Source: a virus
DNA: 64,000 nucleotides
IMG/VR virus record: IMGVR_UViG_3300028666_000002
Reading direction: 5' to 3' (one strand)
The notes under the pieces were generated by a model that was not told the origin of the DNA, did no database searches, and saw only the letters and a program-made list of their open reading frames with translations. Positions 37,693-47,059 of this stretch are shown piece by piece. Position numbers and translations under genes: made by a program. The first letter of the stretch is position 1, and each line of letters starts with the position of its first letter.

Positions 37693-37887
37693 GCCGTATG
37701 TTTTTGAGATACTTCATAGCTATTTTATATCATGTAGTTATAGTAAAAGTGCGGTATTTTGATTATAAGTTATTGAAATTATATATTTTTTTTATCCGCA
37801 GCAATAGTTTAAGTATATCAAAGAGTTGTCATTTCTATCGAAATAGAAATGGAAAATGTGTCTAGACACAACTAAAGGAGATTTAAA

Positions 37888-38592
37888 ATGTACTCAAATG
37901 CAAAAGCTATAGCGCTCATGAGAGACCTCACAAACAAGCTTCAGATCCGTTTCGGTCAGAGCGGAACCCCAGCCTCTATGAATTCTTTTACTCAGGGCTT
38001 TTCGGCTCCTGACGCTGCGGGCGGAACGTGGCCTTATGTCCTGTTTTATAATGCGGCTGCAGGTGCCGGTACGGGCAATCCCGTTATCTTTATCGAAATC
38101 GCGGGCATTGATGCTGTTTCTAAAGATATCTTCGGAAATGACACGGATTCTTATGCTCCCCATAAGCTCCTTTTAGGATATGAGCAGGGCGCAGCGCAGA
38201 CTTATTCGTACACCGTAACTTCAGCCAATGCTACTGCAGGGGCTGTTTATACTAACAACGGTAATTCTTTTATCGTTAACTCTACGATTGCTGGCGGTAC
38301 GACGTTGACTTCTACTGGAACTCTTGCTCCTACGGCTTCGGGCACTTTGACGAAGGCTAGTGGCACTGGCGATGCAACGATTACATTCTCTGCATTCGGC
38401 ACGCCCGGCAATCCATCGACGTGGGTTTCTCCGGCTGACCTTCTTGCGGTTGAATTCGAAGCCATTAAAACTGGCGTTGCTCTTACTCTCGTTGAAGTTG
38501 CCAATGGTGCTGGAGTCACTGCGGCTACTGTTAGTGCAGCTACACCGGTTGCCACGATTGATGATCTATACTGGCCCACGAAGTTGGTTTAA
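37888..38592 (+). CDS. putative capsid-associated structural protein
   Basis: Strong RBS; Ala/Thr/Gly-rich; first gene of the scaffold-capsid operon with the same GC-rich codon usage. Confidence 0.6.
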   Translation: MYSNAKAIALMRDLTNKLQIRFGQSGTPASMNSFTQGFSAPDAAGGTWPYVLFYNAAAGAGTGNPVIFIEIAGIDAVSKDIFGNDTDSYAPHKLLLGYEQGAAQTYSYTVTSANATAGAVYTNNGNSFIVNSTIAGGTTLTSTGTLAPTASGTLTKASGTGDATITFSAFGTPGNPSTWVSPADLLAVEFEAIKTGVALTLVEVANGAGVTAATVSAATPVATIDDLYWPTKLV

Positions 38593-38616
38593 TTGGTTGG
38601 ACTGGAGGGTTATACC

Positions 38617-39657
38617 ATGCAGTACACCGAAACACAGCTTTCAAAGCTTATACAGGACGTAGAACTAGAGTTCACGGCTCATTTGGCTAAGGCCGAAGAG
38701 GTCGGTAATACTCTTGCTAAGTCTGAAGATGGCGAACAGAAGCCTGAGAAAAAGCCGGAAGACGGCGAAAAGAAGCCGCCTTTCGAAGCTAAGCCCGAAG
38801 CTAAGCCCGAAGGTGAACAAAAGCCCGAAGGTGAAGAGAAACCTGAACAGGAAGCGGCGCCGGAAGGCGAAGCACATCCTGAGCAGGCTCCAAGCGAAGG
38901 CCATGATTATGATGAAGAGGACATGCAGCATATGCATAAAATGTATATGTCCATGTCAAAAGGCGAGCTAAAAGCACACCATGACGCGATTATGAAATGC
39001 GTTAGCGGTGGCGGAATGATGGGCAAGTCTGAAGAGGGTGGCGGAATTGGTAATACCAAATCTGAAAATCCTCCGCAGCCAAAAGTGAAGGGCGAGAACC
39101 TAGATTCTGATCCTAAAAATGGTGGAATTGATGCGGGTGCTCCTCACAATGCTCTTGGTCCGAAATCGCCAGCCAGCGATGCTAACGGCGCAAAGATTAA
39201 CAAATCTGAAGCTGCTAGACGAAATGGTGGAAAGATTGAAGAACAAGCGCCTCACAATTCGCCAGGTGCAAAATCACCGGCTAGCAAGGCAGATGGAGTT
39301 CAAATGCAAAAGTCAGAAAACACCGAAGTTGAGTTGCTTAAATCGGAACTTGGCTCGGCGAACACAAAATACGAAGAACTTAAGAAAAACTTTGATGGAG
39401 TTGCGGCTTTTTTGACCAAGCTGCTTGAGAAGAAAGCTGCTCCTGCAGGCAAGGCTATCACGTCCATGGATGTTATCGCGAAGAGCGAAGGCGCCGGGGA
39501 AGATAGTGAAAAGACACTTACGAAGGCTGATATTCATACCATTCTTTGTAAGAAAGCATCTGAACCTTCGTTACAGAAATCAGATAGAGACGCAATCAAC
39601 GTTTACTACGAACAAGGACAAGTAAACGTAACAGGAATTAGCCATTTGCTTAAATAG
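38617..39657 (+). CDS. capsid scaffolding/core protein (start moved to the ATG after GGAGG)
   Basis: Charged, low-complexity, directly upstream of the capsid gene; about ten xxK-[SAG]-[ED] motifs. Confidence 0.7.
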   Translation: MQYTETQLSKLIQDVELEFTAHLAKAEEVGNTLAKSEDGEQKPEKKPEDGEKKPPFEAKPEAKPEGEQKPEGEEKPEQEAAPEGEAHPEQAPSEGHDYDEEDMQHMHKMYMSMSKGELKAHHDAIMKCVSGGGMMGKSEEGGGIGNTKSENPPQPKVKGENLDSDPKNGGIDAGAPHNALGPKSPASDANGAKINKSEAARRNGGKIEEQAPHNSPGAKSPASKADGVQMQKSENTEVELLKSELGSANTKYEELKKNFDGVAAFLTKLLEKKAAPAGKAITSMDVIAKSEGAGEDSEKTLTKADIHTILCKKASEPSLQKSDRDAINVYYEQGQVNVTGISHLLK

Positions 39658-39683
39658 CAGTGGATTTTAATAAGGAGAATACA

Positions 39684-41081
39684 ATGATTGAACAACTTCA
39701 GTCACTTATGAAGGCGCTTGAAGCAGGAAGTTACAATGCTGCTCCAGGACAATTGGCTCAGGGAGCCGCTTTGATGGTCGAGGATCTCTCGCCCGTTATG
39801 CACAATGTAACGTTTGATGACAGTCATATTAAACTGCAAAAGATGCTTCCTTCGAAGGATGTGAAGTCTCAATTGCATCAGTTTAATCGTCAGTTGGATT
39901 ATGGTATCTTTGGTGGTTCGGCCCAGTTTGAAGGCGGAATCGGCGAAGAAGACACGTCTAACTATGTCCGTGCAGTGGTGCCGATGGCATACTACAGCAC
40001 GACTCGTAGAGTCACGGTTGCTGCTAACTACATCGGCGCGTTCGATGGCGTGAAGGCAGAAGATCGTGCGGCTGCGGACGCTGCGATGAAGCTCGCTGGC
40101 GATATCGAGTTCGACTCTTTCCGTGGACAGAGCGATTTCTCGAACGCGGGCGTGTTTGATGGTAACCCCCTTGCGGTTGCTAAGGTTCCGAATATGATTG
40201 GACTTGATCAACAGGTTCGTCAGTCGGACAGTCAGCAAAATACTCAGGATCTTATGTTTGCTGAATATGGTTCGGATCAGACGGTTGTACTGTCGGTCGG
40301 CGGAACTCTTACTCAGTCAGTGATCGAAGATAGTTCGGTTCGTTCGGCCATGAACATGGGCGCTGCGGACAGACTGGTTCTTGATCCGATCAGCTTGAGC
40401 GCGTATAACAAGATCGCGCACGCGAAAGAACGTATCATGCTTGCTGGCTCTGCTCAGGAAGCGACTGGTGCTCATTTGCGTACTCAGTGGACCTCTAGTG
40501 CGGTTGTCTCGCTCGAAGCTTCGCGCTTCCTGTCTGGCAAAACGCGCCCGGCGCGTCCGCGAAGTGGTAGCCCGGCGGCTCCGACGTTCACCATCGCTGA
40601 TGGTGGCCCGGCGGGTTCGTTGCTCCAAACCGGTAGCTATGCATATTATGTCACTGCGGTGACGATGCGTGGTGAGTCTCTCCCGTCTGCGGCGCAGACT
40701 CAGGCTGTTACGGCTGGCGATAAGGTCACTCTGACCATCACCGGTACGGGACAGTACTACTGCGTGTATCGCTCGGATCTCGGTGGAACGGCAGCGGTTG
40801 CCAAGTTCATCGGTAAGGTCGCGGCGAATGGCGCTGGATCGGGTGCGACGTTCACGGATCTCGGAAATCGTCAACCTGGCTCGGTCACGGGCTTCTTGGT
40901 TCAGGCGAATACGATGGGATTCGGACAGTTGGCTCCTTACAGCAAGCTGAAACTTGCGGTTAGCGATCTGTCACTTCCGGAGGCTCATTTCCGCTTCTTG
41001 TCCTTGGCTGCATACCAACCGAGGAAGAACGTGATCCTTGAGAATATCACGGGTCAGTTGGCTCCGAATAATCCTACGTAA
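39684..41081 (+). CDS. major capsid protein (start moved to the ATG after AAGGAG)
   Basis: ~465 aa; MK|ALEAG N-terminus and GAALMVEDL as in SPO1/A511-type capsids; FN3-like insertion YYVTAV...GES; followed by a terminator. Confidence 0.85.
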   Translation: MIEQLQSLMKALEAGSYNAAPGQLAQGAALMVEDLSPVMHNVTFDDSHIKLQKMLPSKDVKSQLHQFNRQLDYGIFGGSAQFEGGIGEEDTSNYVRAVVPMAYYSTTRRVTVAANYIGAFDGVKAEDRAAADAAMKLAGDIEFDSFRGQSDFSNAGVFDGNPLAVAKVPNMIGLDQQVRQSDSQQNTQDLMFAEYGSDQTVVLSVGGTLTQSVIEDSSVRSAMNMGAADRLVLDPISLSAYNKIAHAKERIMLAGSAQEATGAHLRTQWTSSAVVSLEASRFLSGKTRPARPRSGSPAAPTFTIADGGPAGSLLQTGSYAYYVTAVTMRGESLPSAAQTQAVTAGDKVTLTITGTGQYYCVYRSDLGGTAAVAKFIGKVAANGAGSGATFTDLGNRQPGSVTGFLVQANTMGFGQLAPYSKLKLAVSDLSLPEAHFRFLSLAAYQPRKNVILENITGQLAPNNPT

Positions 41082-41104
41082 TTAACTAGTTAGGATGTCC
41101 TTTT

Positions 41105-41139
41105 AAAAGGGTCGGTATCGTAAGATACCGGCCTTTTTT
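41105..41139 (+). terminator. intrinsic terminator after the capsid gene
   Basis: GGTCGGTATC-GTAA-GATACCGGCC then TTTTTT. Confidence 0.9.
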
Positions 41140-41182
41140 ATTTCCCTTGCATTTTTTCTAATAGTAGTGTAATCTTATATTT

Positions 41183-41938
41183 ATGAGTAAGATTAAATAC
41201 ACAAATGATATTATTTCTAAAGCAGTTGAAATGAGAATGGATGGCGAAGCTATTCCTGATATTGTAAAAGCTACAGGAATGAAAAAGCCTAGCCTACAAA
41301 AACTCTTTAGGGAAAGGGGAATAATTCTAACCCCAGAACAAAAGAAGGCGGCGCTAGCTAGACGATGGTTAAATCACGAACCAATAGTGGATGGGATGAA
41401 AAGATGCTCTAAGTGTAAAGAGAATAAACCGGTAGATGACTTCCATAAAAATGAGAAAAGACTTACAGGTTTAGTATCTTCTTGTAAGAAGTGCTATCAA
41501 GATTTTTATGAGGAAAATTCAGAAGAAATTAAGGCTAGAGTAAAAATATACAAAAATAAAAATCCAGATCTTGTTAAATTATGGGATAAAAATCGATATT
41601 TAGCTAAAACAGATGAATACATAGCTAACGCTGCTAAATGGGACAAAGAAAATCCAGAAAAACGTAAAGAAATAAAAAGAGAATACGACAAAAGAAATCA
41701 ACCTGCAAAAAATTCCAGAACGGCCTTTTATCGTGCTCAAAAAATCCAAGCTACCCCAAAATGGCTATCTGACCATCAAAAAGAAGAGATTAAACGTATT
41801 TACGTCAATTGTCCTAAGGGATTTCACGTCGATCATATCGTTCCACTAAACGGGGAAGAAGTTAGAGGTCTTCACGTACCTTGGAACTTACAATATCTAC
41901 CAGCAGCAGAAAACCTAAGAAAATCTAACAAGCTATAG
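41183..41938 (+). CDS. HNH homing endonuclease
   Basis: CSKC..CKKC zinc motif; HVDHIVPL...GLHVPWNLQ...N. Confidence 0.88.
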   Translation: MSKIKYTNDIISKAVEMRMDGEAIPDIVKATGMKKPSLQKLFRERGIILTPEQKKAALARRWLNHEPIVDGMKRCSKCKENKPVDDFHKNEKRLTGLVSSCKKCYQDFYEENSEEIKARVKIYKNKNPDLVKLWDKNRYLAKTDEYIANAAKWDKENPEKRKEIKREYDKRNQPAKNSRTAFYRAQKIQATPKWLSDHQKEEIKRIYVNCPKGFHVDHIVPLNGEEVRGLHVPWNLQYLPAAENLRKSNKL

Positions 41939-42592
41939 TTCTACTACTACTGGCTTATTAGTTGGTCTATACTGTTCAGTACAAATGCTCGCATTAACAA
42001 ATGTTGTACCATTAAAAAGATGCATTCCATAAGAATGATGGATATGACCAAAAACATGAAGTTCCGGCTTTACCTCGATAACTCTTTTATACAAATCTTC
42101 ACAGCCAACCCTACTACCATCAGGACATAGGTCTAATATGCCAGCTGGTGGTCCATGGGTAAGTAACACATCGACCTTATCAGGAATCTTCTTCCAAATA
42201 GCGGCTAATTCTGGTCCTCTAGGCACATTAAAGGCCCAGTTAAAAAACTCTGGCTGCCAAGGTGAACCATAAAACACTTTTCCGTCAATTTCTACAGAAG
42301 AATCAAGTAGATAGGTGATACCGTTGTCTCCACAAAGAGTTTTCATCATTGTAGGATCTTTCTCAGCTAACCAGTCATGATTACCCGCTGTAATAATGAC
42401 ATTCTTGAAATTTGTGGCTTGTTTCTTTAAAGATTTCAGTTCGTTAGCTATCTCGTGTGTACTTCCACGATAGGTAAGATCCCCAGAATGAACAAGCACA
42501 TCCCCTTCAGGCAGGATTACCTTAGATATTTGACAGTGCGTATCGCTTATACATACTATTTTCATAAGCCTAATATACCATATATGAAGCAA
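41933..42592 (-). CDS. metallophosphoesterase (MPPED-like)
   Basis: SDTH, HSGD, GNHD, THGPP, FGHIH. Confidence 0.9.
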   Translation of the reverse strand: MLHIWYIRLMKIVCISDTHCQISKVILPEGDVLVHSGDLTYRGSTHEIANELKSLKKQATNFKNVIITAGNHDWLAEKDPTMMKTLCGDNGITYLLDSSVEIDGKVFYGSPWQPEFFNWAFNVPRGPELAAIWKKIPDKVDVLLTHGPPAGILDLCPDGSRVGCEDLYKRVIEVKPELHVFGHIHHSYGMHLFNGTTFVNASICTEQYRPTNKPVVVEL

Positions 42593-42596
42593 TCTT
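42591..42596 (+). promoter_or_regulatory. candidate late promoter AATCTT (DUF3494 gene)
   Basis: GCAATCTTAA about 50 nt upstream of the start codon. Confidence 0.6.
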
Positions 42597-42646
42597 AATA
42601 GTGAATATTCACTCGCATAAGCGGGAAGACCTTAAGGAGATTTTTC

Positions 42647-44779
42647 ATGGCTTTAACTAATCATACTATTATAGCTCTTCAGGATGCCCTCACCTTGGTA
42701 TCTGCCGGTAATGAGTTAGCCAGCGCAATCACAAGCGGCGCTAAACTTTCTCCGGATACTCTTACCAGGCTGCAAGATGCCATGAGTAATAAAAATATTG
42801 GTAACGATCTTCAGGCAGCTATCTTGGGAACGCGTCCTCTTTCGTTTATCGATCTTCAATACATGATTGACGGTTTCGCAGATCAAGTGGTTGCTGGAAA
42901 CGTGGCCTCTAATATGGCTGGCGGTATCTCTCCTGCAGCGATCCCCCTTCTTCATAATCTCTTTTCTGTTGTTCCAAATCCTATCACGGCTCTTGGAACC
43001 AATCCTCCGAAGAATGTTTCGTTGCCTGGTGCGACTACTTTTACGGTATCGAATCTTGGACTTCCGACTACGGTTACTCTCGGACTGTCGGCTGGAAGTA
43101 CCTTTCCTTCTACTGGCCCTGGATCTTCTTTTACGTTAGCAAATGCTGGAAATACAAATCAATATATGGTTTGGTACAACGTTGCTGGCGGTAGCAATAC
43201 GAATCCTACCCCTCCTGGTTTTACAGGAATTGAAGTTACTATTAATAGCACCGACACCAATACTGTCGTGGCCACCAAAACGGCACTGGCTATCGCAAGC
43301 GCTTTGGCTGGAATGACTTCTACCGTAACTTCTAATACGGTTACCATTGTCATCAATGCGGTTCTTAGCATGGTCGCTACTCCGACTTTCTCTCCTGCGG
43401 CTGGATCATACTATGGAACGCAATCGGTTTCTTTGTCTTCGGCTACGGCTGGAGCAGCTTTTTACTATACTACAGACGGTTCGATTCCCACTACTCTGAG
43501 TCCTCTTTACAGTACGCCCATTTCTGTTTCTGCAAATGAGACTGTAAATGTGTTGGCTACGAAGGCTGGGTTTTCAAACTCTACTGTTGGCACTGCGGCT
43601 TATGTAATCTCGGTACCAGGAACTGTCGCTACTCCGACTTTCTCTCCTGCAGCTGGATCTTATTCTGGTACGCAGTCGGTGACGGTCTCTTCGATTACGG
43701 CTGGATCAACTTTTTACTATACTACGGACGGTTCTACTCCGACTACGGGAAGCACGCTATATACTGGTCCAATTTCGGTTGCTTCTAGCGAAACCGTAAA
43801 AGTGTTGGGAGTTAAGGCTGGATTTTCAAATTCTGCTATTGGCTCTGCGGCATATACTATCTCTGGGGCGGGAACTGTCGCTACTCCGACTTTCTTCCCG
43901 GCTGCTGGAACTTATGGTACCACGCAATCTGTGACTCTTTCTTCTGTTACAGCTGGAGCAACTTTCTACTACACTACGGACGGATCTACTCCAACTACTG
44001 GAAGCACTTTGTATACCGGAGCAATTAGTGTTGCGACTGGTGAGACTTTAAAAGTATTAGCTACAAAGGCTGGTTTAACGAACTCTGCAATCGCAAGCGC
44101 AGCATATGTTATCGGTCCTACAGCTGTTAATCTCGCAACTGCTGGTAACTACAGAATTCTGTCGGAAGCTGGTATCAGCGATACGTCTGGATCTGCAATC
44201 ACCGGTTCGATGGCAGTAAGCCCAATAGCGCACACGGCTATCACCGGATTTGTTCTCACACTCGATGGCGGTGGACAATTCTCTACCGCACCTAATGTGA
44301 CTGGCGATATCTATGCGGCTGATTATGCTGTACCAACTCCAGCCAATCTTACGACAGCTATTGGCGACATGACGACCGCATACAACGATGCTGCAGGTCG
44401 TACTCTCAATTCGATTGTTAATATTGGTAGTGGAAACTTGGGTGGACTCACCCTTACTCCCGGCCTTTATACGTGGTCTACCGGCGTTACGATTCCTACC
44501 ACTCTTACGTTGAGTGGCGGACCAAGCGACGTGTTCATTATGCAGATTAGCGGTACGCTCAACTTAGCGGCCTCTACGCATATCGTACTTACTGGTGGAT
44601 TGCTGGCAAGCAACGTCTTCTGGCAAGTTACTGGCGCCGTGACGCTCGGTGTAAGTTCTATATTCAATGGTATCATTTTGTCAGCGACAAATATTGCAGT
44701 TCAAACTACAGCAACCGTACACGGAAGACTGTACGCGCAGACTGCGGTTACGTTGCAAGATAACATCGTTGGTAACTAA
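42647..44779 (+). CDS. putative virion surface protein with three Fn3-associated/CHB_HEX_C-like repeats and a C-terminal DUF3494 ice-binding-like domain
   Basis: 3x VATPTF.PAAG.Y...YYTTDGS.PT; C-terminus VNLATAGNY.IL...LTPGLY...FIMQI...NVFWQV.GAVTLG...GRLYAQTAVTL is characteristic of DUF3494. Confidence 0.85.
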   Translation: MALTNHTIIALQDALTLVSAGNELASAITSGAKLSPDTLTRLQDAMSNKNIGNDLQAAILGTRPLSFIDLQYMIDGFADQVVAGNVASNMAGGISPAAIPLLHNLFSVVPNPITALGTNPPKNVSLPGATTFTVSNLGLPTTVTLGLSAGSTFPSTGPGSSFTLANAGNTNQYMVWYNVAGGSNTNPTPPGFTGIEVTINSTDTNTVVATKTALAIASALAGMTSTVTSNTVTIVINAVLSMVATPTFSPAAGSYYGTQSVSLSSATAGAAFYYTTDGSIPTTLSPLYSTPISVSANETVNVLATKAGFSNSTVGTAAYVISVPGTVATPTFSPAAGSYSGTQSVTVSSITAGSTFYYTTDGSTPTTGSTLYTGPISVASSETVKVLGVKAGFSNSAIGSAAYTISGAGTVATPTFFPAAGTYGTTQSVTLSSVTAGATFYYTTDGSTPTTGSTLYTGAISVATGETLKVLATKAGLTNSAIASAAYVIGPTAVNLATAGNYRILSEAGISDTSGSAITGSMAVSPIAHTAITGFVLTLDGGGQFSTAPNVTGDIYAADYAVPTPANLTTAIGDMTTAYNDAAGRTLNSIVNIGSGNLGGLTLTPGLYTWSTGVTIPTTLTLSGGPSDVFIMQISGTLNLAASTHIVLTGGLLASNVFWQVTGAVTLGVSSIFNGIILSATNIAVQTTATVHGRLYAQTAVTLQDNIVGN
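43373..44113 (+). repeat. three tandem 252-nt (84 aa) domain repeats
   Basis: GTCGCTACTCCGACTTTCT recurs at 43373, 43625 and 43877. Confidence 0.9.
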
Positions 44780-45099
44780 AAAGTCCATTTGAACAAAAGC
44801 AAAGCTTTGTTCGTTGAGCCTTGAAATTCTATTCTTTGAAAAGGGTAAGCCATATCGAAAGGTATGGCTACTTGTTTTTTCACTCCAACTGTATAGATAG
44901 TAGCCATAGCAAATCGGGCCTGCGGACTAACCCATATCACCCGTTTCTCAGCCATTATTTGAGCTTGATGCTCTATCCTCTTAGTCTTTTCTACAATTCC
45001 AGACTGAATACCTGCCGCTTCTAGACTTTTAATACATGCTGTTTTTTGAGTAGCATTGATGATGCCAGCACACATCATAGCTATCCAGGCACTATACAT
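44776..45099 (-). CDS. hypothetical protein
   Basis: Overlaps the stop of the kinase gene. Confidence 0.5.
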   Translation of the reverse strand: MYSAWIAMMCAGIINATQKTACIKSLEAAGIQSGIVEKTKRIEHQAQIMAEKRVIWVSPQARFAMATIYTVGVKKQVAIPFDMAYPFQRIEFQGSTNKALLLFKWTF

Positions 45100-45745
45100 A
45101 TTGGTCGATTATAACCTCTAAAATGTTATTTAACTGAGACTTGACATTATCCAAATCTTGATTAGCATCTACGCTAAAGAAAACAGTACCAGTTGAAGGG
45201 TCGTTGTTGTCTTCAAAGATATATTCTTCAAATGATTCACGTACTTTCTCTTGGTATTCAACACCCTTCATTTCAATAACATCCATTGCTCCACCACGTT
45301 TAACCCTGCGTTTAAGGGCAGTTTCAGTATTAACCCTAAAATAGATGACAATTTCAGGAAGCCTGGTCTCAAGCTCTAAAACGCCCCTATAAAGCAAATC
45401 TGTAAAATCTTTAGACACATTGTGGTCGGTATAAGCTAAATGACTATACCATCCACGGTCTGAAACCATCAAATCTGGAGGATTTTCACTTACTTCCAGG
45501 TTACGCAACCACTTATCATTTTCGTAACGCATAGCGGAGAATAGAAGCTCCATAGCTTCCCCGGATAGGCTGCTATTTGGGTCTAGGACGAATTCTCTGA
45601 GCTTAACGCATGCTGGGATATGGGGGTTTCCAACTTCTCGCGTTTCTACTACATTTAAGCCCCGTTTTTGAGCTTGTTCGATAAAGTATCGTAATGATGT
45701 GGTTTTCCCCGAACCATCCACTCCCTCGAATTCTATTTTAAGCAT
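45092..45745 (-). CDS. tmk: thymidylate kinase
   Basis: FEGVDGSGKTT, TRE, ELLFSAMR, SDR...S.LAY. Confidence 0.9.
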   Translation of the reverse strand: MLKIEFEGVDGSGKTTSLRYFIEQAQKRGLNVVETREVGNPHIPACVKLREFVLDPNSSLSGEAMELLFSAMRYENDKWLRNLEVSENPPDLMVSDRGWYSHLAYTDHNVSKDFTDLLYRGVLELETRLPEIVIYFRVNTETALKRRVKRGGAMDVIEMKGVEYQEKVRESFEEYIFEDNNDPSTGTVFFSVDANQDLDNVKSQLNNILEVIIDQYV

Positions 45746-45794
45746 AAATATCTCCTTGACACCGTAGTTTTACCTGTGTCATAATCTTATTAAT

Positions 45795-46550
45795 ATGAAC
45801 AAGAAATTCTATGTATATTGTCACAGAAATCCGGAAAATAATCAAGTCCAATATATTGGGAAAGGACAGGGAAGAAGAGCCTATTCACTAACAAAACGTA
45901 GTGCCGCACATTTGGAATGGATAGGCCTGTTATCTAAAAAAACATTGAAACCTATAATTGATATTATAGAATATTTTGATAATGAAAAGGATGCTTTAAA
46001 CAAAGAAATAGAATTAATTAAATATTACAAACATTTAGGAGTTCAATTATTAAACATTTCCGAAGGTGGTTCGCCTGGTTCAGGCTTAACTGGACAAAAA
46101 AATGGAGCTTACGGTAGAAAAAGATTTGATTTAATAAAAAGAAATCAGGCAAATAAAGGCAAAACATTAACAGAAATTTATGGAGAACAACGGGCCATAG
46201 AAATAAAAAAGACTCTATCAGAAGCCACCATTGGTGAAAATAATCCAATGTATGGAAAATCTGGCGAAAATGCACCTTGTTTTGGTAGAAATGGTGAATT
46301 GCACCCTATGTATGGCAAAAAACACAAAGAAGAATCTAAGCTTAAAATAAGCATTTCCTTAAGAGAAAATAGGGGCATAAAAATTCAATGTTCTAATGGT
46401 ATTGTTTATGCTTCTTTATCTCAAGCTGCGAAAGAATTACATATAGGAAGAAAATATATATCTGAAATTTTGAAAAAATCAAGAATTAGCCACAAAGGGC
46501 TAACATTTCAATATGTTAACTCAACTATTGGAAATCTCAAGCAATCTTAA
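45795..46550 (+). CDS. GIY-YIG homing endonuclease with NUMOD3-like repeats
   Basis: YVY...YIGKG..R, E, N; NPMYGK/HPMYGKKH repeats. Confidence 0.85.
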   Translation: MNKKFYVYCHRNPENNQVQYIGKGQGRRAYSLTKRSAAHLEWIGLLSKKTLKPIIDIIEYFDNEKDALNKEIELIKYYKHLGVQLLNISEGGSPGSGLTGQKNGAYGRKRFDLIKRNQANKGKTLTEIYGEQRAIEIKKTLSEATIGENNPMYGKSGENAPCFGRNGELHPMYGKKHKEESKLKISISLRENRGIKIQCSNGIVYASLSQAAKELHIGRKYISEILKKSRISHKGLTFQYVNSTIGNLKQS

Positions 46551-46582
46551 CTATAGAATATACCCTTTTTGGAGTAAATACA

Positions 46583-47059
46583 ATGCCGTTGTTCGCCGCA
46601 AAAGTAATAACCTCTTTTTTTAATATAAACGCGTTTACCTACGGTAATCAGTGGATCGTCAACAATGGCGACCCCATAACGCTGTATTTTCAACTTTACG
46701 ATGCTAATCAGGCTACTCAAGCCTCAAATAGTAGTGGATATTTTGGCAGTATTTTCAGTGGGATAACGCCAGTAGGACCTACTGCTGGTCTAAGATATTT
46801 GGTTGGAATTGGCTCTAACAATAATCCATATCAAGTCACCGTTACTTTCCCGTCAGTTGATCTTAACACTGCCATCACGCTAATCGCAACCCAGGTCAGC
46901 CCCGCCGATAGCTCTATTTGGTCTGTTTCAGTTCCCGCAAGCCAAGCGATTTGCGGTGGAAACATTCAATTTGCAATTTATCAGGGAAATACAATCAATA
47001 GATTTAGTGTTCTTAATATGCTGGACGTTATCTTCCCAGTAAACAATGGATGTTGCTAA
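46583..47059 (+). CDS. putative virion protein
   Basis: Late module; preceded by GCAATCTTAA. Confidence 0.5.
   Translation: MPLFAAKVITSFFNINAFTYGNQWIVNNGDPITLYFQLYDANQATQASNSSGYFGSIFSGITPVGPTAGLRYLVGIGSNNNPYQVTVTFPSVDLNTAITLIATQVSPADSSIWSVSVPASQAICGGNIQFAIYQGNTINRFSVLNMLDVIFPVNNGCC

Noticed and set aside
39702-40874. Long antisense ORFs over the capsid gene (similar shadows over groEL, the Rad50-like gene, sheath and 58558)
   Set aside because: Explained by codon bias of the sense gene; no RBS or recognisable motifs.
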